A stretch of 64,000 nucleotides of DNA from Lama glama. Its lineage: Eukaryota. Shown here in pieces: positions 38,331-51,269 of this stretch. The notes below the pieces were generated by a model. It searched no databases. It was not told the DNA's origin and was given only the letters and a program-made list of their open reading frames with translations. The position numbers were made by a program, and so were the translations under genes. Where the stretch lies: contig CM052817.1 in NCBI GenBank assembly GCA_028534125.1, positions 92,444,001-92,508,000 on the forward strand. Direction: 5' to 3'. The stretch's first letter is position 1; the number at the start of each line of letters is the position of its first letter.

Positions 38331-38469
38331 ACAAATTCTTAGACACCCTTCTCACTGAGAGATGAGGTCTAACTCCTCCATTTGAGCCTGGCCTTGGACC
38401 ATTAGGATATGGTGGATGTGTCCCTCCTCTGGTTCCAGACCTCAGGATTGAGGGTGGAGAAAAAATTAT

Positions 38470-39330
38470 GTCCGACTCTTACTTGAATTACTGCAGTGAC
38501 CTTCTAACTGGTCTGCCTGATTCTATCCTTGAACTTCTACCTCTATGCTCATTAGAGTGGTCAGAATTATTGGTAAAACTTATGTTGGGTTGTCTCTCCT
38601 GCTCCCAACCCTTCAGTGGTTCCCCATCTCACTCAGTTAAAAGCTCAAGTCTCTTCATTGACCTCCCAGATCCTGTGTGATCTGGTTTCCTGTTATCTCT
38701 CTGCCTAGTACCTTCCCTCTGCTTCATCTACAGCTACCTGGATGTTCCTCAAACTTACTGGGCACCTTCCCACCTCAGGGCCTTTGCACTTGCAGTTCCT
38801 TTTGTCTGTTTCCCTGACATATTGGCGTGGTTCTCTCCCTCAGCTTCTACTCAAAAGTCATCTTCTCTGTGAGGTCTTCCTTGATCAGCCCATCTAAAAT
38901 TTCACCATCTTCCCAAGCCCAGAATTGCAAATACTGCTTTATTTATTTTATTGCCCATGGCACCAACATAACATCTGTTTATCTTGCTTATAGTCTGTCT
39001 CCCTGATCAGAATACAAACTTCTCTTAAGGGTAGGGATTTTTTTTTAATTGAAATATAGTTGATTTACAATGTTGTGTTAGTTTCTGGTGTACAGCATAG
39101 TGATCCAGGTATACATATACATATATTCCTTTTCATTATAGGTTATTACAGGATATTGACTATAGTTCCCTGTGCTATACTGCAGGATCTTGTTGTTTGT
39201 CTATTTTATATATAGTAGTTTGTATCAAGGGCAGGGATTTCTGATTTGCACCATTTGCTGCTGTACTCCCAGTGCCTAATACAAACAGTATCTGGCACAC
39301 AGTGGGTGGTGGACATTCCTGAGATAAGTG
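38470..39330 (+). mobile_element. L2 3' region interrupted by an L1 fragment
   Basis: cttctaactggtctgcctg...cccacctcagggcctttgcacttgcagttcct...cccagtgccta...tctggcacacagtgggtg. Confidence 0.75.
39041..39226 (-). mobile_element. L1 3' end with 14-bp TSD
   Basis: aagggtagggattt (39027-39040) and aagggcagggattt (39227-39240); body ttgaaatatagttgatttacaatgttgtgttagtttctggtgtacagc. Confidence 0.85.
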
Positions 39331-41039
39331 AATCCACTAGACAGTAGATTATCTTCAACCCAGTCCTCGCGATGTGGCACCAGTCCTTGATACTTGGCCC
39401 TTGAGGTGGTCTAAGAACAGCTACAGGATTTACACTTGCAGCTCTGGCCTCTCCGTGGAGGTGAGGAGGGGAGGTAGCTGTGAATCCAGGAAGCCCAAAT
39501 AACCCACAGCTCCGCCCTCAGCTGCCTGCTCCTCCTGGCCTTGCAGACTGTCTCCCGGCAGCCAGTCCTAGGAACAAAACCCACAGGGAGCGCTCCCAGT
39601 CCCTGCCGCCTCTTCTCACTCTGTGTCTTCCTCCGAATTCCTTTGTCTGGCTGCCCAGGCTTTCTTTTTGAAGAATGAGACTGTCAAGAAGGTGTTAAAC
39701 ACAAGGCAGAGGGCCCTAAGCATTAGGCAAAAGAGTCATTTTAACAGAAAACTGTGTGAAGTGCTTTGTACTCACCACATCAATTACTTCTCAGTCTTCT
39801 CAGGTGAGAAGTTGATACTGAAACAAAAGAGCTGTCTTATAGGATGGGTAATGAAGAAGACACAGAGGGGCCCTTAACTGGAGGAGCAGGAGAAAGGAGG
39901 CAGCTGGCAGGACTCCCCCCTCCTCCCCGAGTTCCACTGTTAGATTCATGAACTAAGTGTCTCCGAGCTGAGCATTCTCACAGCCTGAGGTGCCCTTGGA
40001 GCCACTCCTGCACAGTGTATCCCCTCCCACCCAGAATCAGACTTGAAGTCAGGCAGGATGGAATCATGTGGCTGCATCTGTGGTTTCTCTGCAGCACTTA
40101 CTTCCCCAGCATCCAGGCTCCACAGCATTTCTCCCTTTCCTCCAGCAGGAGATTTCTCTTTTGAGTTTTCATACATGAGCACTCCACTGAGGCCAGTACC
40201 CAAAGCTCTGGAGCCAGAAGTGCACTGGGATGTTGGTTCAAGTCTATCAAGATATGGACATTAAGCCCATCGTCTGTGACAGTGTAATGATTATCAGCAT
40301 CAGAAACTCATCATCACAGAGCTGGATGGGAAGTGACCTTTCAGAGAAGATGGTCCATCACAATACACTAAAATTAAGGAGAATGATCCATGGAGATACT
40401 AAAAAAACATAATGCAACCATTAAAAACTAGACAGGAAGTTTAATGCTCTTTGAGAGGCACTGTCCACCTTCTGGAGGCTGAGGAGGAAGGAAGGGCTGA
40501 GCCGACAAGCCTGTTTGTCTCATAGGTTGAGTTGGAAATAATCAACTCAAAGGCTCAGGGCTCCTCCCTACACAAGCTCATTCCCTCCCAAACCCACCTT
40601 TGATTTTGGAGAAGTAAAGCTGAGACAGAGTATCAGGCTTTACAGAGTTATTTCTTGAGGCATCTTTAAGTGACCTTATAGAAACGATGGAATACTGGGT
40701 AACAATCTAAGAGTCAAATCAAATAACGACTACTTGGTTAAATACATACCAAGTGGTGTTACAGTGTACTAATGAGAGTTAAACAGAGGGATTTTCACCC
40801 CTCTACCACTTATGTAGGGTAAGTTAAATAATTCGATGACTGATAGCAATTGTCTTATTTTAAATATACTCATCCGTATGCATGTCACTACGTACTATAT
40901 TTCTTATCTCAAAATATTGCCTATAAAATTTGTTTACTTAGTCAAAAAAATTGCCTAACAAAATTTCCCCTCAAAGTTGTCAAAAGAATAATGTTATTCC
41001 CTTAGGCAGGCACTCAAGGACCGAGAGAAAAGCCACATC

Positions 41040-42431
41040 TGAGTATCTGATGTATTTTATTTGTTCACATTTATCCTATTTGAGGTTAACACTACTTCAT
41101 TGGACCATTTAAAAATCATTCTGTAAACAAAATAAAAAACAGCAGCAACAGCTAAAATAAGGACATGATGGATACTAAAATAAAGGAAAATGTTGGAAGG
41201 AATATTCTGAATAAGCAAAGGAAATGTGACCATGATTATGAATTGTACAATAAGAAGAAAAAAACACCAACATCTGCAAAAAACAAAACTCGAATAAAAA
41301 AGAAGGAAGAATTCAAAGTGCAGGTGCGATAGTTTCCACTTCCAAGTCCGTTCAGGAAATAGAGCATACTATTCTTTTAATATAAAGTGACAAGTTCCGC
41401 TTTAAACATTCAGATATGTTATCTTGCAGTTTTTTTTTCAGTTTACATTATCTCTACATTGGTTTAACTGGAAAGACGGTCATATGTGATACATGGTATA
41501 ATTTCTTGAACCTATGGAGAGTATGGAAATGATAAAGTTTATTGTTTTATTTTTTGCTTTTTTGCAATGAGTAACAAGAAGCTGAAAATCCAGCATGAGA
41601 AGCATCAGTTCTTTACTCTTCCCCAAATCCCCCCAAAATCCTGAGCCCGCTTATCATTTTTGCTGCCACTTTCAGGTTCTCTGCAGCAAAAGACTGTTCA
41701 TGTCCCCTGAATTCTGGCCAGCTGACTTAACTAATCATTTTTTTAAAGCAAAATTGGTCTGGTATTTGTCCAAATTGATCAAATAGAAGTGTGATTCTGG
41801 CATTACACAGAAATCACTCACACTTCTGTAACTGCTTAGAACCTCAAACGGGAATACTGGTTGAACATGATTTTTGAATAGAGGACTTTTATGAAATATA
41901 TTTCAAATCTTAAAAAATATGTTTAATGCTCCCTAAAAGTGGTATAAGATCTACCTTAGCTGACAATGCCCACTCCACTGAAGAACATTCTGTGTTTGTG
42001 GCATTACACTTTCCTTTCAGCTCTAATTCTATTTTTAAAAAAGCCCAAATGCACAATGGCTGCTGCCTTCTTTAGCGTTAAACAGCACTATGTATTTTTT
42101 TAAACCATGTGGACAGCTCAACAGCAAGATTAAGAAGTTATAATACACACATATCACAGACAGAGTCATCTTTTTTTTGGAATTCACTGAATAAACTGCA
42201 TTCTGGTAAATCCCCCTCCCCGCAACGAGAGTGTACTGTACCTACTTTGAGGCGTTTAAATATTTCTCCAACAGTTTTCATTGTATTATATTATGAAAAC
42301 ACTAGGCTTCAAGCCGGGTACTAATAAATATTTAATTTAAAAGGAAGGAAAGAAACCCCAACACAGAAGAACATAAAAAAGACCCTTCCCACCCCGCCCC
42401 CACCCCCGCGTCCCCAGTGAAGGCGCCGGAG
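41040..42431 (-). other. TBC1D9: TBC1D9 3' UTR
   Basis: U-rich and repeat-free on the minus strand after the stop; AATAAA at 41056-41061 (also 41538 and 41546). Confidence 0.65.
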
Positions 42432-43154
42432 TCAGCCGGACAGGGCCGATATCTCGTAGTCGCTGGCCGAGGTGAGGGGCTTGCCCATCATCCGGATGTT
42501 TTTCGCACTGGTGATCCTGGCCATCATGCACACGGGCTTGTCAAAGTACTTCACCAGGGCCGGCTCAGTCAGGAGGGAGGCCAGGAACTGCTCGAAGGTG
42601 ATGGCCCAGTCCCGGTCCAGGCTGGTGCTCCGGGGCAGCGCCGCGGTGCCCTCGCCGCTGCGCACCAGGACCGTGTCCTCCCCGATGTCCTCGCAGTGCA
42701 GCTTGTCCTCCTCGTGGGAGCCGGCGCTCAGCACCGAGTACGAGGACATGGAGCTGTCGTCCTTGGTGTCGTCGTCGGAGATGAGCATGGAGGAGCAGAC
42801 CCCGTTGTCCCGGGGCGAGGAGTCCTCCAGCTTGATGTCCTCCATCTGTCCCCCCAGGGAGTGTTCCTCGCCGTCCCCTGCCAGGCTGGCCGGGAGGGGC
42901 TCCAGGGACTCCCGCACGGAAGGCTGGCCAGGCCCCTTCTTGGGGAAGAGGACGCCCGGGAGGCCCTGGTTGCAGGACGGCCCGCTGCCCCCGCTGCCGC
43001 CCTCCTTGGCAGGCTGGCTGGCGAAGAGCTTGCCCACTTCCCCGATCTCCAGCAGGAGGCTGGTCACCGCGGCCGTGGCGTGGTACAGCTCCTGCTCATT
43101 GGGGTCCTCGCTGAACATGTTATACATCGTCTTACACAGCTCGATAAACTGCCC
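42432..43154 (-). CDS. TBC1D9: TBC1D9 last coding exon
   Basis: ttttcag|GGGCAG...GGCTGA; GQFIELCKTMYNMFSEDP...WAITFEQFLASLLTEPALVKYF...DYEISALSG*; 723 nt. Confidence 0.97.
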   Translation of the reverse strand, partial: GQFIELCKTMYNMFSEDPNEQELYHATAAVTSLLLEIGEVGKLFASQPAKEGGSGGSGPSCNQGLPGVLFPKKGPGQPSVRESLEPLPASLAGDGEEHSLGGQMEDIKLEDSSPRDNGVCSSMLISDDDTKDDSSMSSYSVLSAGSHEEDKLHCEDIGEDTVLVRSGEGTAALPRSTSLDRDWAITFEQFLASLLTEPALVKYFDKPVCMMARITSAKNIRMMGKPLTSASDYEISALSG

Positions 43155-44031
43155 CTGAAAAGGGATTTGGGAAAACACAAGACTGTGACCGCCTCACCCG
43201 TGAGCAGAGAGGCGGGACCAAGGTGGACTGCAATGCCATTTAACATCAGGACTCCTACAAGATCCCTGGAAAGTCCTACCTTAGGGTACATGGATGTGTA
43301 GTTCGGTTGCTTCATTGATGGTTCCTTTTTTTAAATTGGAAAAACTTCCAACATCCATGAAGTAGAAAGAATGAAATAATACACCTTCATAATGGTACCC
43401 ACAGTCTGGAGTCAAGAAGGACCACATTATACAAATGTTTCACTAACTCTATCCTTTCTTGAAGTATCTTAAGTAAATCGCAGACTTCATCGCCTCTCAC
43501 GCCCACACACATCAGAATGCAGCCCAGTTTTTCCAAGGTCGGCTCACATCCCGTCTCCCATGACACATCTGCTGGGGTCCCTGGACAGAAGTAACGCCTT
43601 CCACCCCCACCCAGATGACCTATCTGTTCTTCTGTTAGAAAAAAGAATTTTCACCCTGTGTTATAATTATTCATATTGTTTTAGCTCCCTCATTACATTT
43701 CAACTTTTTGAGGAAAAAAAGTCAGACACCTTTATAGCTGAGCACAGTGGTTTGAAAACAGCATGAGCTTGTCTTCTGAGTCTCTGAAGGTGTTTTTAAT
43801 GATTAGGATGAGAATGCATGTACTCTCAAAATGGAGTATTTCATTTTCTCTGAGAAGGTCATTTTCTCAAAACAGAGCATACTTTTGATGCACAAAATAG
43901 ATCCAAACAGGTATTAATTAAGTGCCCCAAGTAACCATTATCTTTGAGGGGTACTTACTCTACATTTATCTATGCCTGGAAAACAGAGCTTCAAGGTTTG
44001 AAATGAATGACTCGAACTGTTCAGTACTCAC

Positions 44032-44135
44032 CTGATTCAGTTTGGGTAAATCTTTTGCATTCTTTGATTTAGGCTTATTTTCTGGAGTCCAGAGTCTCAG
44101 ATAATTACGATTTTCTTGAGAATTTGCCCTTTTCC
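44032..44135 (-). CDS. TBC1D9: TBC1D9 coding exon
   Basis: tttag|GGAAAAGG...AATCAG|gtgagt; GKRANSQENRNYLRLWTPENKPKSKNAKDLPKLNQ; 104 nt. Confidence 0.95.
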
Positions 44136-44222
44136 CTAAAACCCAAATGTTTAGAAATCAAGGGTCAAGAAGCAACTGTTGAACCAGCAGTAGGGGAAAT
44201 ACAGAGAAGAGAAAGGCTGTAC

Positions 44223-44297
44223 CTTTGTCTGGCTTTAGACTCACTGTAACAAAGCCATCATCGGCACCGTGTTTGCTTCTGCTGTCCAGCCCAACCA
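44223..44297 (-). CDS. TBC1D9: TBC1D9 coding exon
   Basis: ggcag|TGGTTGGG...AAAG|gtacag; VVGLDSRSKHGADDGFVTVSLKPDK; 75 nt; followed by an 87-nt intron. Confidence 0.93.
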
Positions 44298-44389
44298 CTG
44301 CCAAGAAAGATTCAGAAGAAAACAGGACCATGTCACATGATAAACCCATAGATTTAGCACGTGTCATAGAAAACAGAAAAGCCTCTATG

Positions 44390-44607
44390 TAGGGTTGCCT
44401 GATTTAGCTAAACAAATAAAACAGAAACAGAAATGAAACCCTGGCACATCGAGTTGAATCTGAACTTGAGATAAACAGCAAATGATTTTTTGAAGCAGTA
44501 AGTGAGTCCCAAATACCACACGGGACATACTTAGGCTAAACAAATTATTTTTTGTCTATCTCAAATCCAGATTTTACTGGAGTCTCATATTTTACCTGAT
44601 AACCCTG
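44390..44607. mobile_element. MER53 palindromic MITE
   Basis: tagggttgcctgatttagc...gtcccaaataccacacgggacatactta...ctgataaccctg; follows recalled MER53 consensus with inverted arms. Confidence 0.8.
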
Positions 44608-44686
44608 TCTCATGTGATTGGTTGACCAGCTTTGCAGGCAACTTTTTCCAATAACAGAGGGCCCTGTGGGAAGGAAAGTCACTTAC

Positions 44687-44773
44687 CATGTGTGCATTCA
44701 GGGGTGATGTCTTCAAAGAAGTACTGAGTTGCTTCAAAGGCAGAATCTGGCTCATCTTGATCAGAGGATGGTT
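44687..44773 (-). CDS. TBC1D9: TBC1D9 coding exon
   Basis: ctccag|AACCATCC...ACATG|gtaagt; EPSSDQDEPDSAFEATQYFFEDITPECTH; 87 nt. Confidence 0.95.
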
Positions 44774-45144
44774 CTGGAGAGGGTGAGAGATGATTCTCAT
44801 TCTGGTAGGGCCATGACTCAGTGAAAGTGTGCTTCAATTGTTAAAGAAATGACAGGGGAGCAGGAGAAGCTAAAGTTACAAAGCTGGGGTGGGGGGTCAC
44901 ATCACTGGGGGACCTTGAAGGCCCCCTGCCTCTAAAACCATATGGGGGAGGGGCTCACTTCATTTCTAACTCTACCTTCCTTTTTAACAACCCCACACCA
45001 AAGTATCCCTTTTTATGTATTCCTTTTTTTGGAGACTTTCCTAAAACCTATAGAATGATGCTTTACAAACCAAATTTTAGGAAATTGTATGCTATGATAA
45101 TTCCCAAATCTATAGTTTTACCGTATCTCTAGCCTTAGAGCCAT

Positions 45145-45306
45145 TCCCTCCTCATTTTCTTCCTTCTTTTCCTTCTTTCCTTCTTTCTTTCCTTCTTTCT
45201 TTCTTTCTTCCTTTCGTTTCTTTCGTTTCTTTCTTTCTCTCTTTCTCTCTTTTCCTCCCACCACCCCCTCCCTCCCTCTTTCCTTCCTTTCTCTCTCTCT
45301 CTTTCT
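45145..45306 (+). repeat. Compound (CTTT)n/(CCTT)n/(CT)n pyrimidine microsatellite
   Basis: Direct inspection. Confidence 0.9.
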
Positions 45307-45707
45307 GTGTCTGCTGCATACATCCAGCTGGAGGCCAACCTTATTTAAAACTGAACTCAAAACCTTACCATCTTTTGCACTGTTTCTGTCAGTGGTAAAA
45401 CTGCTCCCCCTAGACTCAGAATCTCAGTCCTTGTACCTCATGAGTTACCCAACACTACTTATTCATTCTCTTGTGGAACTCTGCTCTTTTCTGTTACCAC
45501 GACTCATAGGAAAATGAGGAAATGACTATTGAATCTAGCTGATTCAGGAACTCATGTAAATAGTATTGTTCAGTTTGTTCCTGGGGACCAATGAGTGGCT
45601 TTGTATATCAAAAAGAGGCAAAGAGACAAACAGGCAAACAGGTCACACCAAAAAAAGATTTCAGGCCAGGCTGGGGTTACACGTGTTACTCTGTGGAGCT
45701 CACTTAC

Positions 45708-45773
45708 CAGGCAAGACGTGCATTTTGTACAGGAGTTTGAGTTTCTCTGTGAGGTCCCCATGGCACGCGGCAC
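45708..45773 (-). CDS. TBC1D9: TBC1D9 coding exon
   Basis: cctag|GTGCCGCG...CCTG|gtaagt; SAACHGDLTEKLKLLYKMHVLP; 66 nt. Confidence 0.95.
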
Positions 45774-47249
45774 CTAGGAGTCACACGAGTACCAATGTGA
45801 AATGCATCATACGTGCTGGTAACCCCTCCGGGCTGTAGTGTCCCCCCGAAGAGTCTGCCCTACACAAACTGAAGCCAAGACATTGTGTGACAGAAAGTCT
45901 GGCCAGGACACATTTTGTTCAAAATCTCTGGAACCAGGATTTGTACTTCTATGTGCCCTTGGGAGCGTGAACCTCTCTGTACCTCAGTTTCCCCTCTGTG
46001 AGGCAGGATGATAAACAGAAATTTCCACCAGGGGGTCTTGACTTCAGGACCCATAAAATGTGAGAACTAAAGGTGTTAACACTGAGAATAGCGCCTGGCA
46101 CAAAATAAATTAGTGTTATCAATAAGCAAGTTCAGGTCACTGGGCCTCAATACCCCAGATAACTGTAAAGAGTTCAGAAATAATCTCAATACATATTTGA
46201 GAGTGCTTCAGATTACTCATTTTAGAAATCCTTTTCAGCTGCTTTTAGGTTCTGTTAAATATTTCTTCGGTTTAATTTAGCCTAACCCAGCTGCCATTAT
46301 ATCACCATTGCTTCCACCCAAAGAATCCTGTAACTTTTGCCCTTTCGTACATCAGGAATCAGAAAACCCTTTGTAAATATGTATTCTCAGAGCACCTAGC
46401 TGAAGATTAATTGGATTTGGGAAAAGAGGAATCACAGGATCTCGACTGGCTGGCAGGGACATCAGGGTTATCTTATCTGACCTCCCACTTAACGTGGGAC
46501 CTCGTCACACATCCACGTCCACATCCACATAAGAGAGGACTCAGCATCTGCTGGAATGTCCTCATCGACGGGGAGCTCATCCCAACCAGAGGCGTCTCAC
46601 GCCCCTGGGGAGTTCTCCAAACACTGAAAGTGCTTCTACCATCTTCACTTTGGACAGCATCCTCAGCCTGCAGGCTCAACTTCATGAAGTTCATGGGCCG
46701 CATGAAAGGTGAAATGCTGTGTCCACGTGCCTATGTCATTTTGGGGGAAGACACTGTGCCTAGAACTCATCACATCTCAGACTTCATGACTCAAAGAAAA
46801 GCTTTAGAACGACTCCTCTCCCCCTTAGTCTACTCTTTCAAGTCAGACAGAATAGGTCCTTCACCTCTTCAGTACAACAGTCCTTAGATTTTAAGGATAG
46901 CTGTCCTGTCCCCCTTGGGCTTATCTTTTCAAGGCAAATGTACGTTCCCCAGGATACACCTCTCTGCATACTTCAGCTTTCTTATATGACTTGATTTGTA
47001 CACCTTTCCCTATTCTTACCCACATTCACCTTGTGTATTAATTAGTCCAGCAGTATCCCCCTGGACAGTGAGCTCCAGAAGCCTCTTGCCCACTGAAGAC
47101 AATAGTGGAACTGTTCTTGGCTCTTCCCCTAATGCAGCCCAGGACTGTGGTCCACTCTTCACTCTGGAGTTTCTTACGGACCGCATGGTTAACTAAACCC
47201 CAGAGTGTCTGCATGCTCACTAATACTAATCATGAAGAGAACGACAGAC

Positions 47250-47490
47250 CTTTATTAACCATTCACGTTGTGTTAAGCCTATGTTAACTGCTTTCCACAT
47301 GTATTTCACTGCCTGGTCACAATAACTGTAGGAGATGGGCACAATTAGTACCCCAACGTAGATGAGAAAAGTCAGGCTTAGTGATGTTAAGTAATAGGCT
47401 CAAAGTCATAAGCTAGTAAGTGGCAGGCCCAGGATTTGAACTCAGATTTGTCTGAGCCTAGATTCCAAGATTGAAACCACTATACCATCT
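47250..47490 (-). mobile_element. MIR SINE
   Basis: tagatgagaaaagtcaggcttagtgatgttaagtaa...ctagtaagtggcaggcccaggatttgaactcaga. Confidence 0.75.
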
Positions 47491-48649
47491 ATGCAGCCAT
47501 ACAGTTCTTTTACAGTCACTTCTCAAAATTTAAGACTTATGATTTATCCCTATCAATTTGTTTTTGCCAATCATTTCCTCCTCTAATATTTTTTAATCTC
47601 ACTGTTGTCCTCCAATGCACTGGCTGTCTCTCCCAGCTTCGTGTAGCCGACACATCTGGGGAGTATGCCTTCCCTACTTTCATAGTTTAAATTGCTATCC
47701 AGTACATCATAATTATAGCGACAATAATAACGCTTTTTGAGTCAGGCACTGTTGTAGGAACTTTACTTGAATTATTTCTTTCAGTCCTGACAGGAACTGT
47801 TTTACAATTGAGGGAACAACCACAGAGCTTAAATACCAAGCCCAAGGTACTAGAAAACTTGCTGCTGACCACCAAGCTCTGGGTGCAGGGTTCAGCCAGT
47901 CATGGACTCACTGACTTCCACATGCTTCCAACTTTTCCATGTATAGCAAGTTATCTGTCAAATGACCAGCTGCATTGTGACACCTACAGCATGTTTAGAA
48001 ATGCTGCCTCCTGCAACACCACTGGAAAAGGAGGTACAGCTAATTTGTGGCTTTGAATAGTAGCCCTTCATCTCTACCTTCATATAGACTGTCTGTTCAC
48101 TAATTTCTAGAGGGATCTTTCTGGGGATTGACATTAAGATTACTCATCCATCTTTTCCAGAATTCATGCTTTTAGTTTCTTAAGACTTGAACCAAATTTC
48201 TCTTTTCTGGGTCCACTTATCCCCACTAGCTATAATCAACCCACATAACTGACTACAGCTCTGAGACTCCTAGCAATCTGGGTGAAGTTTCCTTTGCTCA
48301 AAAAACTCAACTGCACTGAAGAAGCCTCAGTACTCTAAGCCACTGTTTTCACCATCTTGCACTGTAAGCTTCTCTTTCCTTTTCTAAAGATTCTGAAGAG
48401 TATTTACCTTGTTGGGGTTTGACAAAACATAAATAAGTTATAATTTATTCCTATCGCTTTCTACACGTGTCTGGTATTTTCACCTTGAACATCTTTGCTG
48501 CAAGCATATTCGCCCCACAACTAATTGACTGTGGAGGCCATTTTGCTGTAAAAGACAAAGGTAACTGATCGGCAGTTATATTATACTAGAAAATAAGGGA
48601 TCAATTTCTGTGAATCCTTCAGTGAACTAATCTAAGCCAGATTCTGTTG

Positions 48650-49135
48650 ACTGGACACCGAAGACGTGGTATATATGCAATGGAATACTGCTCAGCCATA
48701 AAAAAGAATGAAATATTGCCCTTTGCAGCAACATAGGTGGATCTGGAGATGGTAATACTATGTGAAGTAAGTCAGACAGAGAAAGACAAATATCATATAT
48801 TACTTATATGAGGAATCTAAGAAAATGATACAAATGAACTTATTTACAAAACAAAAGTGACTCACAGCCATAGAAAACAAACTTATGGTTACTAAAGGGC
48901 AGAGAGGGAGGGATAAATTGGAGTTTGGGATTAGCAGATACAAACTACTATACACAAAACAGATAAACGACAAGGTCCTACTGTACAGCACAAGGAACTA
49001 TATTCAATACTTTGTAATAACCTACAATGGAAAAGAATACGAATCAGAGTATATATGTGTATAACTGGATCACCATGTTGTACACCAGAAACTAATATAA
49101 CATTATGAATCAACTATACTTCAATTTAAAAAAGA
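48650..49135 (+). mobile_element. L1 3' end (end of ORF2 plus 3' UTR)
   Basis: caatggaatactgctcagccataaaaaagaatgaaat...aagtaagtcagacagagaaagacaaata...tacaccagaaacta...tatacttcaatttaaaaaa; degenerate TSD taagccagattctg/taaggcaggttctg. Confidence 0.85.
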
Positions 49136-51269
49136 TAAGGCAGGTTCTGCTAAAATGTTCACCACTTTCAAGAAACTTATGCTTATCAAGACTCACACAA
49201 CCACCTCCTCTTGGGGGAAAGGAGGAGCTTGAGTCTTCCTTTGCCTCCCACTTCTAATATCATGTGATCAGTTCGGTACAGATGGCAGCAGAGGGCAAGC
49301 TGCTGTATCCACATTAGCTAAAGAACCAATCGTTAGTGCTCTCGAGGGCTGTTGTGGATTGGTAACTGCTTCTTTCGCAGTTGCCACATAGTTGGTAAAC
49401 TTTTGGTTTTGATGAGTGGGAGGGATGACTGTGTCGCCGGATTTGTAAAGATATCCTGCTCTAGTGTCCTACCTGTCAATCAGTTATTTTATCTCTTAGG
49501 GCAACATGGCTTTATGGTCAACTAGCTGTGCTGTGAAACTGCTTGTGGCAGAGATGTTTACAGCAAAAATTCCTAGAACCCTTTCTACGTGTTGAACATA
49601 TCTCTTTTTCCTCCTCCTTATTCTTGCCCAAAGGTAATTTTAAAAAAATCTCCTTTTTGACAGACACCAATGTGACAATAAGTAGTTACTTTGGGGCAGA
49701 AAATATTAGGAGAGGATCAAAAGGGTCTTTAGCCTTGTCTGGATTATTTCACTTTTCTAAAAAGCAGGATGTATTTACGTGTTACTTGTGTAATTAAAAA
49801 TTAACACCTCCTTCTTCCCTTAAAAGAAAAATCCTATTTGCTGTCCTCAGCACAGCATAAAGAGAAAAGGATGAGCTTTTGAGACAGCCCTTGTCTGAAT
49901 CCTGAGTCAGCAAGAACTCACTGTGCCTTTCAGTTCAGTTCAATAACACAGATGTATTGACTTGCTAAAAACAAATGTCCCAGCAAGTTGCTTAACTTTT
50001 CTGAGCCTCCATCTCTAACTGAAAGTGGGGATAGTACTAGTAAGCAGATGGGCAGTAAAGCATAACAGCAACCACACAGACTGGGCTTCCGGGCGCCTGA
50101 GTTCAAACTCCAACTTTGCAGATGTGCGCTGTCGGTGAATCAGATGCACGTAAAGCACCAGGCCAGTGCCTGGCTGAGCACGTGCTGTATAAACGTTAGT
50201 TATCAGTACTGTTACTACTTCAAAGGTCTATTGTTTGGATTATGTGCTAAAGTACACGTTCTAAAGCATCAGAACAGTGCCTGCATTCTTAATAAAGGCC
50301 AGGTTCCTCCCTGTCCTCCCTTCTAAACGTACATATGATGCTTTACACAAATTGTTTTTTCTTACCTCGGAGGACCTCATCTATACCCTTTTGCCTTTTT
50401 AAATGCCATCAGCTTCCTCTGGCCTTTAAGCCTTCCAATCATTACAGATGTAGGGTAGTTTTTGGAATCACTGTTAGCACTCTACGTGACACCTTCACCT
50501 TTCCCTGGGCAGGTCATTTTTGAAGTGCATGGACCAACGTCACAGACTGGCACCATTAGAATTAAAAAGATTTTTCCTTCTTTTCTGCTGGCAGCCTGAC
50601 AACATAATGCCTGCTACATCCACAACCTTGCATTGGGCAGGCCAAGTTCAACAGCCATGTGGCTGTTTTGCTCAAATATTAATCGAACAGGAGTCCAACA
50701 GAAACGGGGCAGTAAACAGTCAGACAGAGAGGCTGACAAGCAGAAATGCATGCTGCCTGTGAGTTGAGGGTATGCATTCTCACGATGGATGGCCCTCTCT
50801 CCCCGAAAAATGGAGAGAAAGATTTCCATTTATATTGCAGAGCTGTTGTGGGGTTTTTCCAGCCCTTTATTAAAAACACTATGCAATATCTTATATAATT
50901 TTATGAAATTATATGTACTATAAATATTTTTTCTGACAGAAGAAAGTAATCCATCCAAACATTTCTTTTTCCCTTATAAAGTTATTGTCTTCGGTTTCAG
51001 TGTTTAAGTCGGCACTCTTGCAAACTCTCTGATAATGTATTTTAACTAGTGCAGATTACTATCTAATGTAGACGCCAGTGATTTAATCATACATCCATTA
51101 ACTAAAAACAGATTTTGCAATCAGCTTGCAAACCTTAAAGTGTGCTCCTCTGTTCTTTAAACCCCGTCTTCTGAGGCAAGCAGGGTTGTCCTGAGGCAGC
51201 ACGGAAGACCAGAGCAATTACTCTCCCATCCTTTCCCCCCCAACTCATGCAACACCATCACGTCCTTAC

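Noticed and set aside
42320..42434. Stop-codon read-through of TBC1D9
   Set aside because: Context is TGA-CTC rather than the strong TGA-CTAG motif; the extension is low complexity and I have no conservation evidence.
42417..43301. Long + strand ORFs (294 aa and 228 aa)
   Set aside because: Antisense shadows of the GC-rich last TBC1D9 exon, where stops are scarce; no recognisable protein.
45118..45360. Lys/Glu/Arg-rich ORFs
   Set aside because: Translations of a simple repeat.
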